DNA of 64,000 nt from Nannocystis bainbridge (GCF_028368995.1 NZ_JAQNDL010000003.1:448001-512000), one strand, 5' to 3'; positions 20,625 to 30,993 are shown, counted from the stretch's first letter. Notes: a model not told the origin generated them from the letters alone. Program-made: numbers and translations.

Positions 20625-21257
20625 GTGCTCGAGCCGCTGATCCTCGTCACGGCGACGATCGTCGCCGTCCTCCTCGTGGCCCGCTCGCTCGCGGGCGACC
20701 GCCAGATCCGGCGGGCGCTGCGGCGGCGCCGGGTGACGGCGATCGCTACCGTCCGCGACGGCGAGCACGTGCGGCTCCGCGGCCGCGTGGTCCTGCCGCC
20801 GGGCGCCCTCGCGGCGCCGCTGACCGGCCGGGCCTGCGCGTACTACGTCGCCATCGTCGACCAGCAGAGCGCCAACAACGACTGGCGCCAGCTCGCGCAC
20901 GAGGAGCGCGCCGTCGCGTTCGACCTCGACGACGGCACCGGTCGGGCGCGCGTCGACATGGCCCGGTCGAAGGCGCTGGTCCTCCGCGATCACCGGACCC
21001 GCCGCGGCCCCGAGAGCGACCCCACCGCCGCGGAGCTGGCGTTCCTCGACCGCCAAAAGCTCGCGACCACCGACTTCCGCGGCCGCAAAGCCGCCACCCG
21101 CTTCTACGAGGGCGCCCTCCCTGCCGACGCGCAGATCACCGCGCTGGGCGTCGCCCGCGTCGAGCTCCGCGACGGCGAGCGCCACGTCGTCCTCACCGCC
21201 CCCAGCGACGCGCCGCTGTACCTGAGCGACGAGCCCCCGGTCGTCCAGGCCCCGTGA
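20625..21257 (+). CDS. Membrane protein with GIDE-like domain
   Basis: N-terminal TM; LAAPLTGRACAYY and FDLDDGTGRARVD motifs. Confidence 0.7.
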   Translation: MLEPLILVTATIVAVLLVARSLAGDRQIRRALRRRRVTAIATVRDGEHVRLRGRVVLPPGALAAPLTGRACAYYVAIVDQQSANNDWRQLAHEERAVAFDLDDGTGRARVDMARSKALVLRDHRTRRGPESDPTAAELAFLDRQKLATTDFRGRKAATRFYEGALPADAQITALGVARVELRDGERHVVLTAPSDAPLYLSDEPPVVQAP

Positions 21258-21352
21258 ACAAGCTCGCAAGGACATGTCCTTTACGACATGTCCCAATCTT
21301 CATCCACCAAGAGCCGGCGCGCGGCTCCGGCACGCCCTGTCCCTTGAGACAG
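21257..21352. repeat. TGTC-N6-GACA arrays
   Basis: Cores 21259/21273/21287/21301 and 21336/21350. Confidence 0.8.
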
Positions 21353-21507
21353 CCACGAAGATCGCGTCCGCGCTCCCGCGCGCGCAGCGCCGCAGGCCAG
21401 CGAGATCGACCGGCTCGCCCCCATGACCCCGCATGAGGCCGCCCCTGCACCCCTGGCCTTGCCGGCGCGCCGGACGGTCGTACACAGCGCACGCGAGGGC
21501 CGCCGTC

Positions 21508-22176
21508 ATGCTCACCAAAATTCCGTTCACCGAGATCCTCAAGTCCGTCCCTGGCTTCTTCGGGATCCGCCTCGAGGAGCAGCCGAAATACGAGGTGGTC
21601 GAGACGCTGGACGACGTCGAGATCCGTCACTACGCGCCGGCGCTGCTGGCCCGCCTCACGGTCGAGGGCGAGCACGACAAGGCCGTCGACCAGGCCTTCG
21701 ACCGCCTCGCCCGCTACATCTTCGGCGAGAACCACCCCCAGGTCCGCATGGCGATGACCGTCCCGGTCGAGCAGCACCCCGAGGGCGAGCCCGGAGCGCT
21801 GGCCGTCCCGACCGAGCCCCACCCCGAGGGCGAGCGCATGGCCATGACCGTCCCGGTCGTGCAGAAGCAGGGCGGCAACGGCTGGACCGTCGCCTTCTTC
21901 CTCTCCAACGAGCTCTTCACCTCCGAGGCGCCGCGCCCCGACGACCCCGCGATCGAGCTGATCCACGAGCCCGCGCGCACCGTCGCCGCCCTGCGCTACC
22001 GCGGCAACTCCTCCGAGAACAAGCGCGAGGACTCCCGCCGCCGCCTGCTCGCCGCCCTGGCCAACCACCCGCGCTGGCAGATCGCCGAGAACGTCTACTG
22101 GGCCCAGTACGACGCCCCCTTCACCCTCCCGTTCGCCAAGCGCAACGAGGCCCTGGTCGAGCTCGAGTCGCGCTGA
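21508..22176 (+). CDS. SOUL family heme-binding protein
   Basis: EQPKYEVV, EIRHY, AFDRLARYIFGEN, MAMTVPV, AQYDAPFTLPFAKRNE. Confidence 0.92.
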   Translation: MLTKIPFTEILKSVPGFFGIRLEEQPKYEVVETLDDVEIRHYAPALLARLTVEGEHDKAVDQAFDRLARYIFGENHPQVRMAMTVPVEQHPEGEPGALAVPTEPHPEGERMAMTVPVVQKQGGNGWTVAFFLSNELFTSEAPRPDDPAIELIHEPARTVAALRYRGNSSENKREDSRRRLLAALANHPRWQIAENVYWAQYDAPFTLPFAKRNEALVELESR

Positions 22177-22350
22177 CCCGCCGCTCTCCTCCCGCGCGAC
22201 CGACTCGCCGACTCACGCTCGACGCGCGCCGCGCCGACACGTCGAGTCATCCGCCGAAGAGCGCCGTGGAAGCGTGTTCGACCACGCCCGCGAGTTTGCC
22301 CGCCGAAGAGCGCCGCAGAGCCGCATCCTCCCCCTCGCCTCCGGCCTCGG

Positions 22351-22396
22351 CCTGCCCATCAGGACATGTCTTCGATGACATGTCCTGCGAGACACA
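22351..22396. repeat. TGTC-N6-GACA array between convergent genes
   Basis: Cores 22351/22365/22379/22393. Confidence 0.85.
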
Positions 22397-23638
22397 TCAC
22401 TGCGCTCGCCGCCGGCGCCGCCCGGCCAGCAGCATCAGCGACGCCAGCCCTGCCAGCCCCGCGTCTCCGGCTCCGCTCGCGCAGCCGCAGCCGCGGTCGC
22501 CGAGCCCGTCGTCCTCCGCCCGCCCGGTGCCCTTCTGGCACGCGGGATCGGGCTCGAACGGCGCGTCGCTCTTCTCCTCCGGCGGCTTCGCCGCCCACTC
22601 GATCTCGAGCTCGTCGGACAGCGCCCCGAGCTGCGCCCGCAGCACCGCCCGTCGGCTCTCCGGCACCGTCGGCGGTGGCGCGCAGTTGTCCTCGATCGAG
22701 GTGTACTCCGGCGGCGCGGAGTCGTTGAAGCGCTCGAACGCCAGCTCGCCCTCGACCAGGCTCCACGTCACCGGCGCGCCGATCATCACCTTGCCCTCGC
22801 CGTCGCGCACGATCGCCCGCGCCCCGAACGGCGTGCCGGCGAAGGCCGCCACGATCTCGAGCGACGCCGCCTGCTCGACCGGCGTCGCCACCACCGTGGC
22901 CACCGGCAGCACCGCGCCCGCCACCTCGAGCGTGATCGTGCGCGTCTCCCCCGGGCCGACGCGCATCGGCCAGATCGTCTCGGTGTCCTCGATCGGCGTC
23001 AGCGCCTGCCCAGGTCCGCCGTCCGTCGCCGCCAGCACCCGCCCCTGCGCCAGGTCCCAGGCGACCCGCTCGCCCGCCCCGTCGATCACGTTGATGGGGA
23101 AGCCGACCGTCACGCCCGGCACCAGCCGCAGCGGCTCGTCCGCGGCCGGGATCCGGTCGGCCGGTCGCGACGAAAGCCGCTCGGCGAAGCGCTCCGCCTT
23201 CAGCTCCATGTGCCACTCGAGCCGCGCTCGCAACCCGTCGACGGGGACCACCTCGACGCGGAAGCGGTCGGGCAGGACCTCCCATTCTTCCTCGAGACAG
23301 ACCGCGCTCGGCGTGTAATCGACCTGCACCCCGCTCGGCCCGTCGAGGATCACGCAGCCGCCGTCTTTGAACGGCACCCCCGCGATCGCCATGTCGTAAC
23401 ACTCCTCGGCACCGTGGACCGTTACGCTGCCCGCATCGAACTCCGCGAGGTCGAAGCACACGGTCGAGCCCTGCAGGGCGCGCAGCCCCGATGGCTGCTG
23501 GATCTCCGAATAGAACAGCGGCGACAGCGACACGCGGAGACGCCCCTCCTCGCTGTTGGGCTCCGTGCAGCCGCTCGCGGCCAGACAGACGCTCAGGACC
23601 AGGCACCCGGGGACGACGTGGACAATCCAATGAGACAT
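22397..23638 (-). CDS. MYXO-CTERM sorting-domain lipoprotein
   Basis: N-terminal ASGC; C-terminal GCGC, hydrophobic stretch and RRRRR tail. Confidence 0.85.
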   Translation of the reverse strand: MSHWIVHVVPGCLVLSVCLAASGCTEPNSEEGRLRVSLSPLFYSEIQQPSGLRALQGSTVCFDLAEFDAGSVTVHGAEECYDMAIAGVPFKDGGCVILDGPSGVQVDYTPSAVCLEEEWEVLPDRFRVEVVPVDGLRARLEWHMELKAERFAERLSSRPADRIPAADEPLRLVPGVTVGFPINVIDGAGERVAWDLAQGRVLAATDGGPGQALTPIEDTETIWPMRVGPGETRTITLEVAGAVLPVATVVATPVEQAASLEIVAAFAGTPFGARAIVRDGEGKVMIGAPVTWSLVEGELAFERFNDSAPPEYTSIEDNCAPPPTVPESRRAVLRAQLGALSDELEIEWAAKPPEEKSDAPFEPDPACQKGTGRAEDDGLGDRGCGCASGAGDAGLAGLASLMLLAGRRRRRAQ

Positions 23639-23968
23639 AGGCCCTCAGGATCTGCGCCGCTCGGGGCGAAGTCAACTCTCGGCTGCCCGACCTCGCTACC
23701 TGGAAACAGCGCCGCCGACCCACCCCCGACCGCGAAGCCGACATCCTGTCCTTCGCGCCATGTCACCGCATCGACCTCGGGACCCGTCCGACCTCGAAGC
23801 ATTGCAACTTCGCAAAGCCACCAGGACGGCCCCCGACCCCGCGGCCTCGATCGACCCCTCCGGGCGACGGGCGATCGGACGTGCACACCGGTCGCGGAGC
23901 CCCTGGAACGACACCGACGCCTCGCCGGGGTCGCCAAGTCCCCGCCTCTCCACGCGGCTCGTTCGTTC

Positions 23969-24053
23969 ACTGTCTCTCGAGACATGTCTTTCATGACATG
24001 TCCATGAATACATGTCCGATTCGACATGTCTCACTCGACATGTCCATGACATC
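23969..24053. repeat. TGTC-N6-GACA array with five CATG cores in phase
   Basis: Cores at 23983, 23997, 24011, 24025, 24039, plus degenerate 23969. Confidence 0.92.
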
Positions 24054-24057
24054 CATC

Positions 24058-24666
24058 TCACCCGCGCAGCAGCCCCAGCCCCGGCACGAAGCGACCCACC
24101 CGCCCCGCGTAGCTGCGGTACTTGCCGCCGTGCACGCGCAACAGATACGGCTCTTCGACCCAGCGCACCTGCAGCTCGACCGCGAGCAGCAGGCAGGCGA
24201 ACGACGCCAGCGCCACCGCGTTCGGCAGCACCACCACCAGCGCCGCCGCCGTGAACAGCATGCACGAGAAGATCGGGTTTCGTACCAGCGCGAACGGCCC
24301 CGCCGTCACCAGCTCGGTCCGCTCCTCGCCGCGCACCCCGATCCGCCACGAGCGGCCCATCGCCGTCTGGGCCGCGTAGGTCGCCGCGATCCCGACCAGC
24401 ACCGCCCCCCCGCCGAGGATGAACTGCCCCGGCCCGACCTCGGGCGACGCCACCCACCCGAGCAGCCCGGCGATCGGCGCCACCAGGCTGAGCACCACCC
24501 CCAGCACGAACAGCGCCCCGCCCCACCACTCCACAGAACCTGGCCTTCCGGACAGCCCATGAAACCCCGTCGACCCGGTCTGGCGCAGGTGCTGGTACGT
24601 GCGCAGGCCGAACGCGACGGCGTAAAAGCCGAGGATCATGAGCAGGGCGACGACTTCGAGACGCAT
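24058..24666 (-). CDS. Isoprenylcysteine carboxyl methyltransferase family membrane protein
   Basis: MGRSWRIG, LVTAGPFALVRNPIF, EEPYL..HG..Y..Y...VGRF. Confidence 0.9.
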   Translation of the reverse strand: MRLEVVALLMILGFYAVAFGLRTYQHLRQTGSTGFHGLSGRPGSVEWWGGALFVLGVVLSLVAPIAGLLGWVASPEVGPGQFILGGGAVLVGIAATYAAQTAMGRSWRIGVRGEERTELVTAGPFALVRNPIFSCMLFTAAALVVVLPNAVALASFACLLLAVELQVRWVEEPYLLRVHGGKYRSYAGRVGRFVPGLGLLRG

Positions 24667-24684
24667 ACGAATTCCTCGCCCGCC

Positions 24685-24715
24685 AATGTGAACCCTGCAG
24701 CCGCTACAGGGTCAA
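24685..24715 (-). promoter_or_regulatory. MerR-type (CadR/PbrR-like) promoter/operator 2
   Basis: Minus strand TTGACC-ctgtagcggctgcagggtt (19 bp)-CACATT with dyad ACCCTGTAG/CTGCAGGGT. Confidence 0.8.
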
Positions 24716-24725
24716 GCGAAGAACG

Positions 24726-27700
24726 TCACGCCGCCGGCGCGCGCGGCCCGAAGCGGGCGTACACCGCCGGCAGCACCAGCAGGGTCAGCAGCGTCGCCGA
24801 CACCAGCCCCCCGATCACCACCGTCGCCAGCGGCCGCTGGACCTCGCTGCCCGGCGCGCTCGACAGCGCCATCGGCACGAAGCCTAGCGCCGCCACCAGC
24901 GCCGTCGTCAGCACCGGGCGCAGCCGCAGCTCGGCCGCCTGCGCGATCGCCCCGACGTGGTCGGCCCCGTCCGCTTGCAGGCGCTGGGCGAAGGTCACCA
25001 GCACCAGGCCGTTGAGGACCGCGACGCCGAACAGGGCGATGAAGCCGACCCCGGCGGAGATCGAGAACGGCAGGTCGCGCAGCCACAGCGCCACCACCCC
25101 GCCGACCACCGCGAACGGCACCCCGAGGAAGATGATCACCGCCGCGCGCATCGACCCCAGCGCGGTCCACAGCATGAACACGATCAGCGCCAGGGCCAGC
25201 GGCACCACCACCACCAGGCGGTCGCGCGCCGCCAGGTAGTGCTCGAACGTCCCGCCGTACTCCACGCGATAGCCGACCGGCAGCGTCACCCCGGCGGCGA
25301 TCGCCGCCTGCGCGTCCTCCACCGTCGAGCCGAGGTCGCGCCCGCGGACGTTGAACTCCACGATCACCCGCCGCGACTGCTTGTCGCGGTTGACCAGCAC
25401 CGGCCCCGTCGTGTGCTGCAGCGTCGCCACGTCGCCCAGCGGCACGATCTGCCCCGTGTTCGCGCGCAGCGGGATCGCCGACAGCGAGTCGAGGTCGCCG
25501 GTGATCGGTTGGTCGAACTTCACCATCATGTCGAACCGGCGCTCGCCCTCGAGCACCTCGCCGACCTTGTGTCCGACCGCGATCGCCTCGGTCGTGATGT
25601 TGATGTCGGCGATCGTCAGCCCGTAGCGGGCCAGCTTGGTCCGGTCCGGATCGATGCGCAGGTACTGCAGCCCTTGCAGCTGCTCGACGCGGGCGTCGAC
25701 CACCCCGCGCACCCCCTTCACCCGGTCCAGCACCGCCTGCCCGATCGTGCGCAGCGCCTCGAGGTCCGGCCCGTAGATCACCACCCCGACGTCCGAGCGG
25801 ATGCCCGCCACCAACTCGTTGGTGCGCATCTGGATCGGCTGCGAGATCGCCCCTGCCACCTCCGGCACCGCCTGCTCGACCCGCTCCGACATCTCCTCGG
25901 CGATGTCGTCCTTCGTCAGCCCTGGCCGCCACGCGTCGCGGTCCTTCAGCTGCACGTACACGTCCGACTGCTCGACCCCCATCGGGTCCGTCGCGATCTC
26001 CGGCGAACCTGTCCGCGAGACCACATGCACGATCTCCGGGATCTCCCGCATCGCCCGCTCGATGCGCTCGCTCGTCGCCACCGACGCCGACAGCGCCGTC
26101 CCCGGCATCCGCCGCGCCTCGATCAGCAGATCGCCCTCGTCGAGCTGCGGCACGAACTGCGCGCCCAGGCGGCCGAACAGCGCCACCCCGCCGGCCAGCG
26201 CAAGAACCCCCACCATCATCGTCGCCCACCGCCAGCGCAGCGCCGCCCGCAGCACCGGCGTGTAGAGCTTGTGGACCGCGCGCAGCAGCAACGTCTCGCG
26301 CGCCTCCGCGTGCGGCTGCACCAGGTAGCTCGTCAGCACCGGCACCAGCGTCAGCGAAAAGATGAACGCCCCCGCCAGCGCCAGCAGCACCGTGTACGCC
26401 ATCGGGTGGAACAGCTTGCCCTCCATCCCGGTGAGCGCGAGGATCGGCAGATAGACGATGGCGATGATGATCTCGCCGAACACCGCCGCCCCGCGGACCT
26501 CGAGCGTCGAGTCCTGGATCACCGCGATGCGCTGCTCGGTCGTCAGCGCCGCCCCGGCCTGCCGCCTTGCCTCGCCGAGCCGGCGGGCCGCGTTCTCGAC
26601 CACGATCACCGCCCCGTCGACGATCAGCCCGAAATCGATCGCCCCCAGGCTCATCAGGTTGCCTGACAGCCCGGCCGCGTTCATCACGATGATCGCGAAC
26701 AGCATCGCCAGCGGGATCGTCGTCGCCACCACCAGCCCCGCGCGCAGGTCGCCGAGCAGCAGCAGCAGCACCAGGATCACCAGCGCCGCGCCCTCCGCCA
26801 GGTTCGTGGCCACGGTGGTGATCGTGCGGTCGACCAGCAGCGTGCGGTCGTAGAACGGCTCGATGCGCACGCCCTCGGGCAGCGTCGGCGCCAGCGCCTC
26901 GAGCTTGTCCTTGATCCCCTGCGTGACCGTGCGCGAGTTCTCGCCCATCAGCATCAGCGCCACGCCGACCACCACCTCGCCCTCGCCGTCCTTCGTCGCC
27001 GCCCCGCGGCGCAGCTTGGGCCCGAAGCGCACATCGCCGACCGAGCTCACCGTGATCGGCACGCCTTGCGGCGTCGCCCCCAGCACCACCCGCTCGAGGT
27101 CCTCGCGGCTGCGGACCAGCCCGTTCGAGCCGATCACCACCTGCTCCTGGTTGCGCTCGACGTAGCCGCCGCCGGCGTTGGCGTTCGACTGCTCCAGCGC
27201 CGCCGCCACCTCGCCGATCGACAGCCTCAGCGCCTGCAACCGCTCTGGCCGCAGCACGATCTGGTACTCGCGGTTCTCGCCGCCGAAGCTGTTGGTCTCG
27301 ACCACCCCCGGCACCATGCGCAGCTGCGGCCCGACGTACCAGTCGAGCAGCTCCTCGAGCTCCATCAGCGAGTGCTCCTCGCTGCGCAGCGTGAACTGAT
27401 AGATCTCGCCGAGCCCGGTCGAGATCGGCCCCATCTCTGGCCTCCCGTAGGCCGCCGGCACCGCCTCGGTCGCCTCGCGCATGCGCTCGTTGATCAGCTG
27501 GCGCGCGAAGTAGATGTCGGTGCCGTCCTTGAACACCACCGTCACCACGCTGAGCCCGTACTTCGACACCGAGCGGACCTGCGTCATCTTCGGCAGGCCC
27601 GACATCGCCCGCTCGACCGGGATGCTGATGTACTGCTCGACCTCCACCGGTGACAGCGCCGGCGCGGCCGTGATCACCTGCACCTGCACGTTGGTGACAT

Positions 27701-27827
27701 CGGGCACCGCGTCGATCGGCAGCTCGAGCGCCGCGCGCACCCCGACCACCACGAACAGCAGCGTCGCCACCAGCACCAGCGCCCGGTTGCGCAGCGACCA
27801 CGCCACGATCACGGTCAGCGCGTGCAT
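24726..27827 (-). CDS. czcA: CusA/CzcA family heavy-metal efflux RND transporter
   Basis: LPIDAVPDVTNVQVQV, GNLMSLGAIDFGLIVDGAV, RLRPVLTTA, GSEVQRPLATVVIGG. Confidence 0.93.
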   Translation of the reverse strand: MHALTVIVAWSLRNRALVLVATLLFVVVGVRAALELPIDAVPDVTNVQVQVITAAPALSPVEVEQYISIPVERAMSGLPKMTQVRSVSKYGLSVVTVVFKDGTDIYFARQLINERMREATEAVPAAYGRPEMGPISTGLGEIYQFTLRSEEHSLMELEELLDWYVGPQLRMVPGVVETNSFGGENREYQIVLRPERLQALRLSIGEVAAALEQSNANAGGGYVERNQEQVVIGSNGLVRSREDLERVVLGATPQGVPITVSSVGDVRFGPKLRRGAATKDGEGEVVVGVALMLMGENSRTVTQGIKDKLEALAPTLPEGVRIEPFYDRTLLVDRTITTVATNLAEGAALVILVLLLLLGDLRAGLVVATTIPLAMLFAIIVMNAAGLSGNLMSLGAIDFGLIVDGAVIVVENAARRLGEARRQAGAALTTEQRIAVIQDSTLEVRGAAVFGEIIIAIVYLPILALTGMEGKLFHPMAYTVLLALAGAFIFSLTLVPVLTSYLVQPHAEARETLLLRAVHKLYTPVLRAALRWRWATMMVGVLALAGGVALFGRLGAQFVPQLDEGDLLIEARRMPGTALSASVATSERIERAMREIPEIVHVVSRTGSPEIATDPMGVEQSDVYVQLKDRDAWRPGLTKDDIAEEMSERVEQAVPEVAGAISQPIQMRTNELVAGIRSDVGVVIYGPDLEALRTIGQAVLDRVKGVRGVVDARVEQLQGLQYLRIDPDRTKLARYGLTIADINITTEAIAVGHKVGEVLEGERRFDMMVKFDQPITGDLDSLSAIPLRANTGQIVPLGDVATLQHTTGPVLVNRDKQSRRVIVEFNVRGRDLGSTVEDAQAAIAAGVTLPVGYRVEYGGTFEHYLAARDRLVVVVPLALALIVFMLWTALGSMRAAVIIFLGVPFAVVGGVVALWLRDLPFSISAGVGFIALFGVAVLNGLVLVTFAQRLQADGADHVGAIAQAAELRLRPVLTTALVAALGFVPMALSSAPGSEVQRPLATVVIGGLVSATLLTLLVLPAVYARFGPRAPAA

Positions 27828-27829
27828 GT

Positions 27830-29050
27830 CTAGTGCCCGTGGTCCTCGCCGAACGTGCCCTTCAGCAGCACGCTCTTGAGCGTCCACGCCCCGCGCGTCA
27901 CCACCGGCTCGCCCTCGCGCAGCCCCTGGAGGATCTCCACCACCCCCGGAGCCGCCGTCCCGAGCACCACCTCGTGCAGCTCGAACGCCCCGTCCTCGCC
28001 GCGCACGAACACCACCGTCTTGCCGGCGACCTCGATGATCGCGTCGCGCGGGACCGCCAGCACCGGCGTCGGTTCGGCCCGCGGATCGGTGACGGCGATC
28101 CGCGCCTTGCCGAACAGGCCCACGCGCAGGATGCCCTCGCGGTTGTCGATCGGGATGCGGGCCACCACCGTCTGCGCCTCGGCGTCGACCGTCGGCGCGA
28201 GGTACTCGATCTTCCCGTGGAAAGGGTGATCGGGGTACGCGTTGAGCTCGACCTCGACCGCCGCGCCGACGCGGATCTTCGCCAGCAGGTGCTCGAACAG
28301 GCGGGCCACGAACCACGCCCGCTCGAGGTCGACGATCGTCGCCAGCGTCTGCTCCGGCGTCACCGGCTGGCCCGGCACCACGTTGCGCTGCGTCACGAAC
28401 CCGGCGATCGGCGCCCGCAGCGAGAACACCGTCGCCTTGCCCTTCGCGCCCAAACCGAGCGCCTGCAGCCGCTGCTTGGCCGCCTGCGACTCGGCCTCGA
28501 GCGCGGCCGCCTCGGCGCGCGCCGCCGCCAGCTCCTGCTGCGACGCCATGCTGCGCTCGGCCAGCGCCTCGAGCCGCGTCAGGTTGGCCCGCGCCGACGT
28601 CGTCCGCGCCTGCAACGACGCCAGGTCGGCGCGCAGGCTGCCGAGGCTCGGCGCGCGCACCGTCGCCAGCACCTGCCCCGCCTTAACGACGTCGCCCTCG
28701 CGGAACAGCACCTCCTCGACGATCCCGCCGACCTTCGCCGGCACCTGGGCCGTGCGCCCCGGATCGGCCTCGACGTGCCCGGTCGCGAACAACACCGGCG
28801 CGACCACCTGCCGCTGCACCGGCTCGCTCTGGATCTGCGCCTCCGCGATCACCTGCTCCGACAGCGCCACCCGGCTCGGCAGCTCGTCGTGTCCGTGGCC
28901 TTCCTCTTCGTGCTCGCCGTGCTCCCCGCCCTCGCCGTGCGCGTGCTCGTCCTCGCCCTGCGCGTGCGGCTCCGCCTCGACCGCCCGCGCCCCGCAGCCG
29001 AGCAGCAGCAGCGCCGTCATCACCATCATCGATCGCACCCTCTGCATCAT
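27830..29050 (-). CDS. czcB: RND periplasmic adaptor (CzcB-like), His-rich N-terminus
   Basis: Lipobox LLGC, HAHGEGGEHGEHEEEGHGH, LRAPIAG, C-terminal GEDHGH. Confidence 0.9.
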   Translation of the reverse strand: MMQRVRSMMVMTALLLLGCGARAVEAEPHAQGEDEHAHGEGGEHGEHEEEGHGHDELPSRVALSEQVIAEAQIQSEPVQRQVVAPVLFATGHVEADPGRTAQVPAKVGGIVEEVLFREGDVVKAGQVLATVRAPSLGSLRADLASLQARTTSARANLTRLEALAERSMASQQELAAARAEAAALEAESQAAKQRLQALGLGAKGKATVFSLRAPIAGFVTQRNVVPGQPVTPEQTLATIVDLERAWFVARLFEHLLAKIRVGAAVEVELNAYPDHPFHGKIEYLAPTVDAEAQTVVARIPIDNREGILRVGLFGKARIAVTDPRAEPTPVLAVPRDAIIEVAGKTVVFVRGEDGAFELHEVVLGTAAPGVVEILQGLREGEPVVTRGAWTLKSVLLKGTFGEDHGH

Positions 29051-30306
29051 GGCTGCACCCGCTCCGGCAACAGCCCCGTCACGCGCGCCAGCTCGACCGC
29101 GCCGAGGGCCAGCGCCCGCCGGGCTTCGAGGTGGGCCGCGAGGTACTCGAGCAGCGTCTGCTGCAGCACCACCGCGTCGCGGATCGAGACCCGCCCGACC
29201 GCCATCTCCTGCGCCAGCGCCTCGAGGTGGCCCTCCGCGCGCTGCAGGCGTTCGGCCTCGAACAACCCCAGCTCTGCCTTGCGGGCCTCGACCTCGCGCA
29301 GCGCCACCTCGACCTCCGCCTGCACCACTCTTCGCCAGCGCTCGACCTCTGCCTCGGCGCGGCGCGCCAGCGCCTTGCTCTCCGCGATCTCTCCCTTGTA
29401 CGTGCGTCCGAGCGGGGCCGGCAGCACGATCGGGAACGCGATCCCGCCGCCCATCACCTGCTCCGCGAACCCGTCGCGCTGCGCGTAGAGCACCACGCTC
29501 GGGTTCGGCGCTCGCAGCCGGCGGAACATCTCGACCTGGCGCACGAACACCTCGCGCTCCGCCTTGGCCAGCTCGATCTCCGCCCGCTTCGTCAGCGCCG
29601 CCGCGATCAGCTGCGACAGATCTTCGGGCACCGGCAGCGGCGTCAGATCGCCCTCGACCTCGAGGCTCGCGCCCTCCTGCCCGAGCAGCCCGGCCAGCAC
29701 CCCGCGCGCGGCCGCGATCCGGCGGTCCGCCTCGATCTGCTGCCGGCGCACCCGCACCGACGCCGCCACCACCACGTCCGTGTTGATGCCCGAGCCGAGC
29801 CCGGTGCGCTCGCTCGTGCGGGCCAGCTCGACCAGCGTCTCCGACGTTTTGGCGATGCGCCCGATCATCGCCTTCTGCTCGCGCGCCGCGATCCACTCGT
29901 ACCAGGCCGTCAGCGCCGCCGCCGCGACATCGCGCCGACTCAGCTCGATCTGCCGCTCCGCCTGCGACACCTCCGCGTCGGCCATCGCCATCCGCTTGCG
30001 CCGCTGGCCCGCGATCTCGAGCTCCTGCGACACTCGCCCGAACACATTGATGTCGCGGTCACCGGTCCACAGCCCGACGCGGCGGGCCGCCGTCACCTCG
30101 ACCTGCGGGTTGCTCGGCAGCAGCGTGCGCGCTCCCAGCTTGCGGCCCTGCGCCGCCTCGCGGCCGGCCTCGGCGGCGCGGATGCTCGGGTGCCCGGCCA
30201 GCGCGCAGGCGACCACCGCCGCGCGCCCGAGCGGCCCCTGACAGCTCGCCGGAGGCGGCGGCGCGGCCAGCAGGGCGGCGGTGAACAGCGCGGGGAGCAG
30301 CGGCAT
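29047..30306 (-). CDS. czcC: TolC family outer-membrane efflux protein (CzcC-like)
   Basis: SQELEIAGQRRKR and OEP-like helical repeats; ATGA overlap with czcB. Confidence 0.88.
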   Translation of the reverse strand: MPLLPALFTAALLAAPPPPASCQGPLGRAAVVACALAGHPSIRAAEAGREAAQGRKLGARTLLPSNPQVEVTAARRVGLWTGDRDINVFGRVSQELEIAGQRRKRMAMADAEVSQAERQIELSRRDVAAAALTAWYEWIAAREQKAMIGRIAKTSETLVELARTSERTGLGSGINTDVVVAASVRVRRQQIEADRRIAAARGVLAGLLGQEGASLEVEGDLTPLPVPEDLSQLIAAALTKRAEIELAKAEREVFVRQVEMFRRLRAPNPSVVLYAQRDGFAEQVMGGGIAFPIVLPAPLGRTYKGEIAESKALARRAEAEVERWRRVVQAEVEVALREVEARKAELGLFEAERLQRAEGHLEALAQEMAVGRVSIRDAVVLQQTLLEYLAAHLEARRALALGAVELARVTGLLPERVQP

Positions 30307-30361
30307 TCGGGCCTCGTGAAGCGACGATCCGCGCGCAGACCGTGCAGGCGGGTCGGCGTCG

Positions 30362-30392
30362 AGGCTAGACCTTGTAGCGACTACAGGGTCAA
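30362..30392 (-). promoter_or_regulatory. MerR-type (CadR/PbrR-like) promoter/operator 1
   Basis: Minus strand TTGACC-ctgtagtcgctacaaggtc (19 bp)-TAGCCT with dyad CCTGTAG/CTACAAGG; divergent from the MerR gene. Confidence 0.88.
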
Positions 30393-30498
30393 GCGAACCG
30401 GGCTGCCGGGCACGTGCGAGGTGACGCACGTTTCATCGCGTCGTGACAGGCGAGCGGCCGCGGAGCAAGCTCGGGTTGTGATCCGAGACGACGAGCAG

Positions 30499-30993
30499 AT
30501 GACCATCGGTGCGCTCGGCCAAGCCACCGGCGTCGGCGCCGAGACCATCCGCTACTACGAGCGCATCGAGCTGCTGCCGCAGCCGGCCCGCACCTCCGGG
30601 GGTTACCGCGTCTACCGGCCCGAGCACGTCCGCCGCCTCAACTTCATCCGCCGCAGCCGCGAGCTCGGGCTCAGCATCGACGCCGTGCGCGAGCTGCTGT
30701 CGCTCGCCAGCGACCGCCTGCGCCCGTGCGCCCGCGTCGACCGCCTGGTCCGCGACCACATCCACGACCTCGACCACAAGATCGAGGGCCTCCAAAAATT
30801 GCGCAGCGCCCTGCAACGCCTGGCCGACTCGTGCCGCGGGGGCGGGCGCGTATCCGAGTGCCGGATCCTCGAAGCCCTGCAGGAGGCCGAGGAGGCCCTC
30901 GCCGGCCCTGACGTCGAGTGCGCCGAAGAAGACTGCGCGGGCCGACGCGCCAGCGACAAACAGCCCAAACCCCGCCGCGAGCGCCGCGCCTGA
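30499..30993 (+). CDS. MerR family heavy-metal-responsive regulator (CadR/PbrR/ZntR-like)
   Basis: MTIGALGQATGVGAETIRYYERI; Cys at RPC, SC and ECRIL. Alternative GTG start 30478. Confidence 0.92.
   Translation: MTIGALGQATGVGAETIRYYERIELLPQPARTSGGYRVYRPEHVRRLNFIRRSRELGLSIDAVRELLSLASDRLRPCARVDRLVRDHIHDLDHKIEGLQKLRSALQRLADSCRGGGRVSECRILEALQEAEEALAGPDVECAEEDCAGRRASDKQPKPRRERRA

Noticed and set aside
23969-24053. Box arrays as a CRISPR array
   Set aside because: The period is only 14 bp with 6-bp variable centres, there are no cas genes, and the arrays are dispersed and intragenic.
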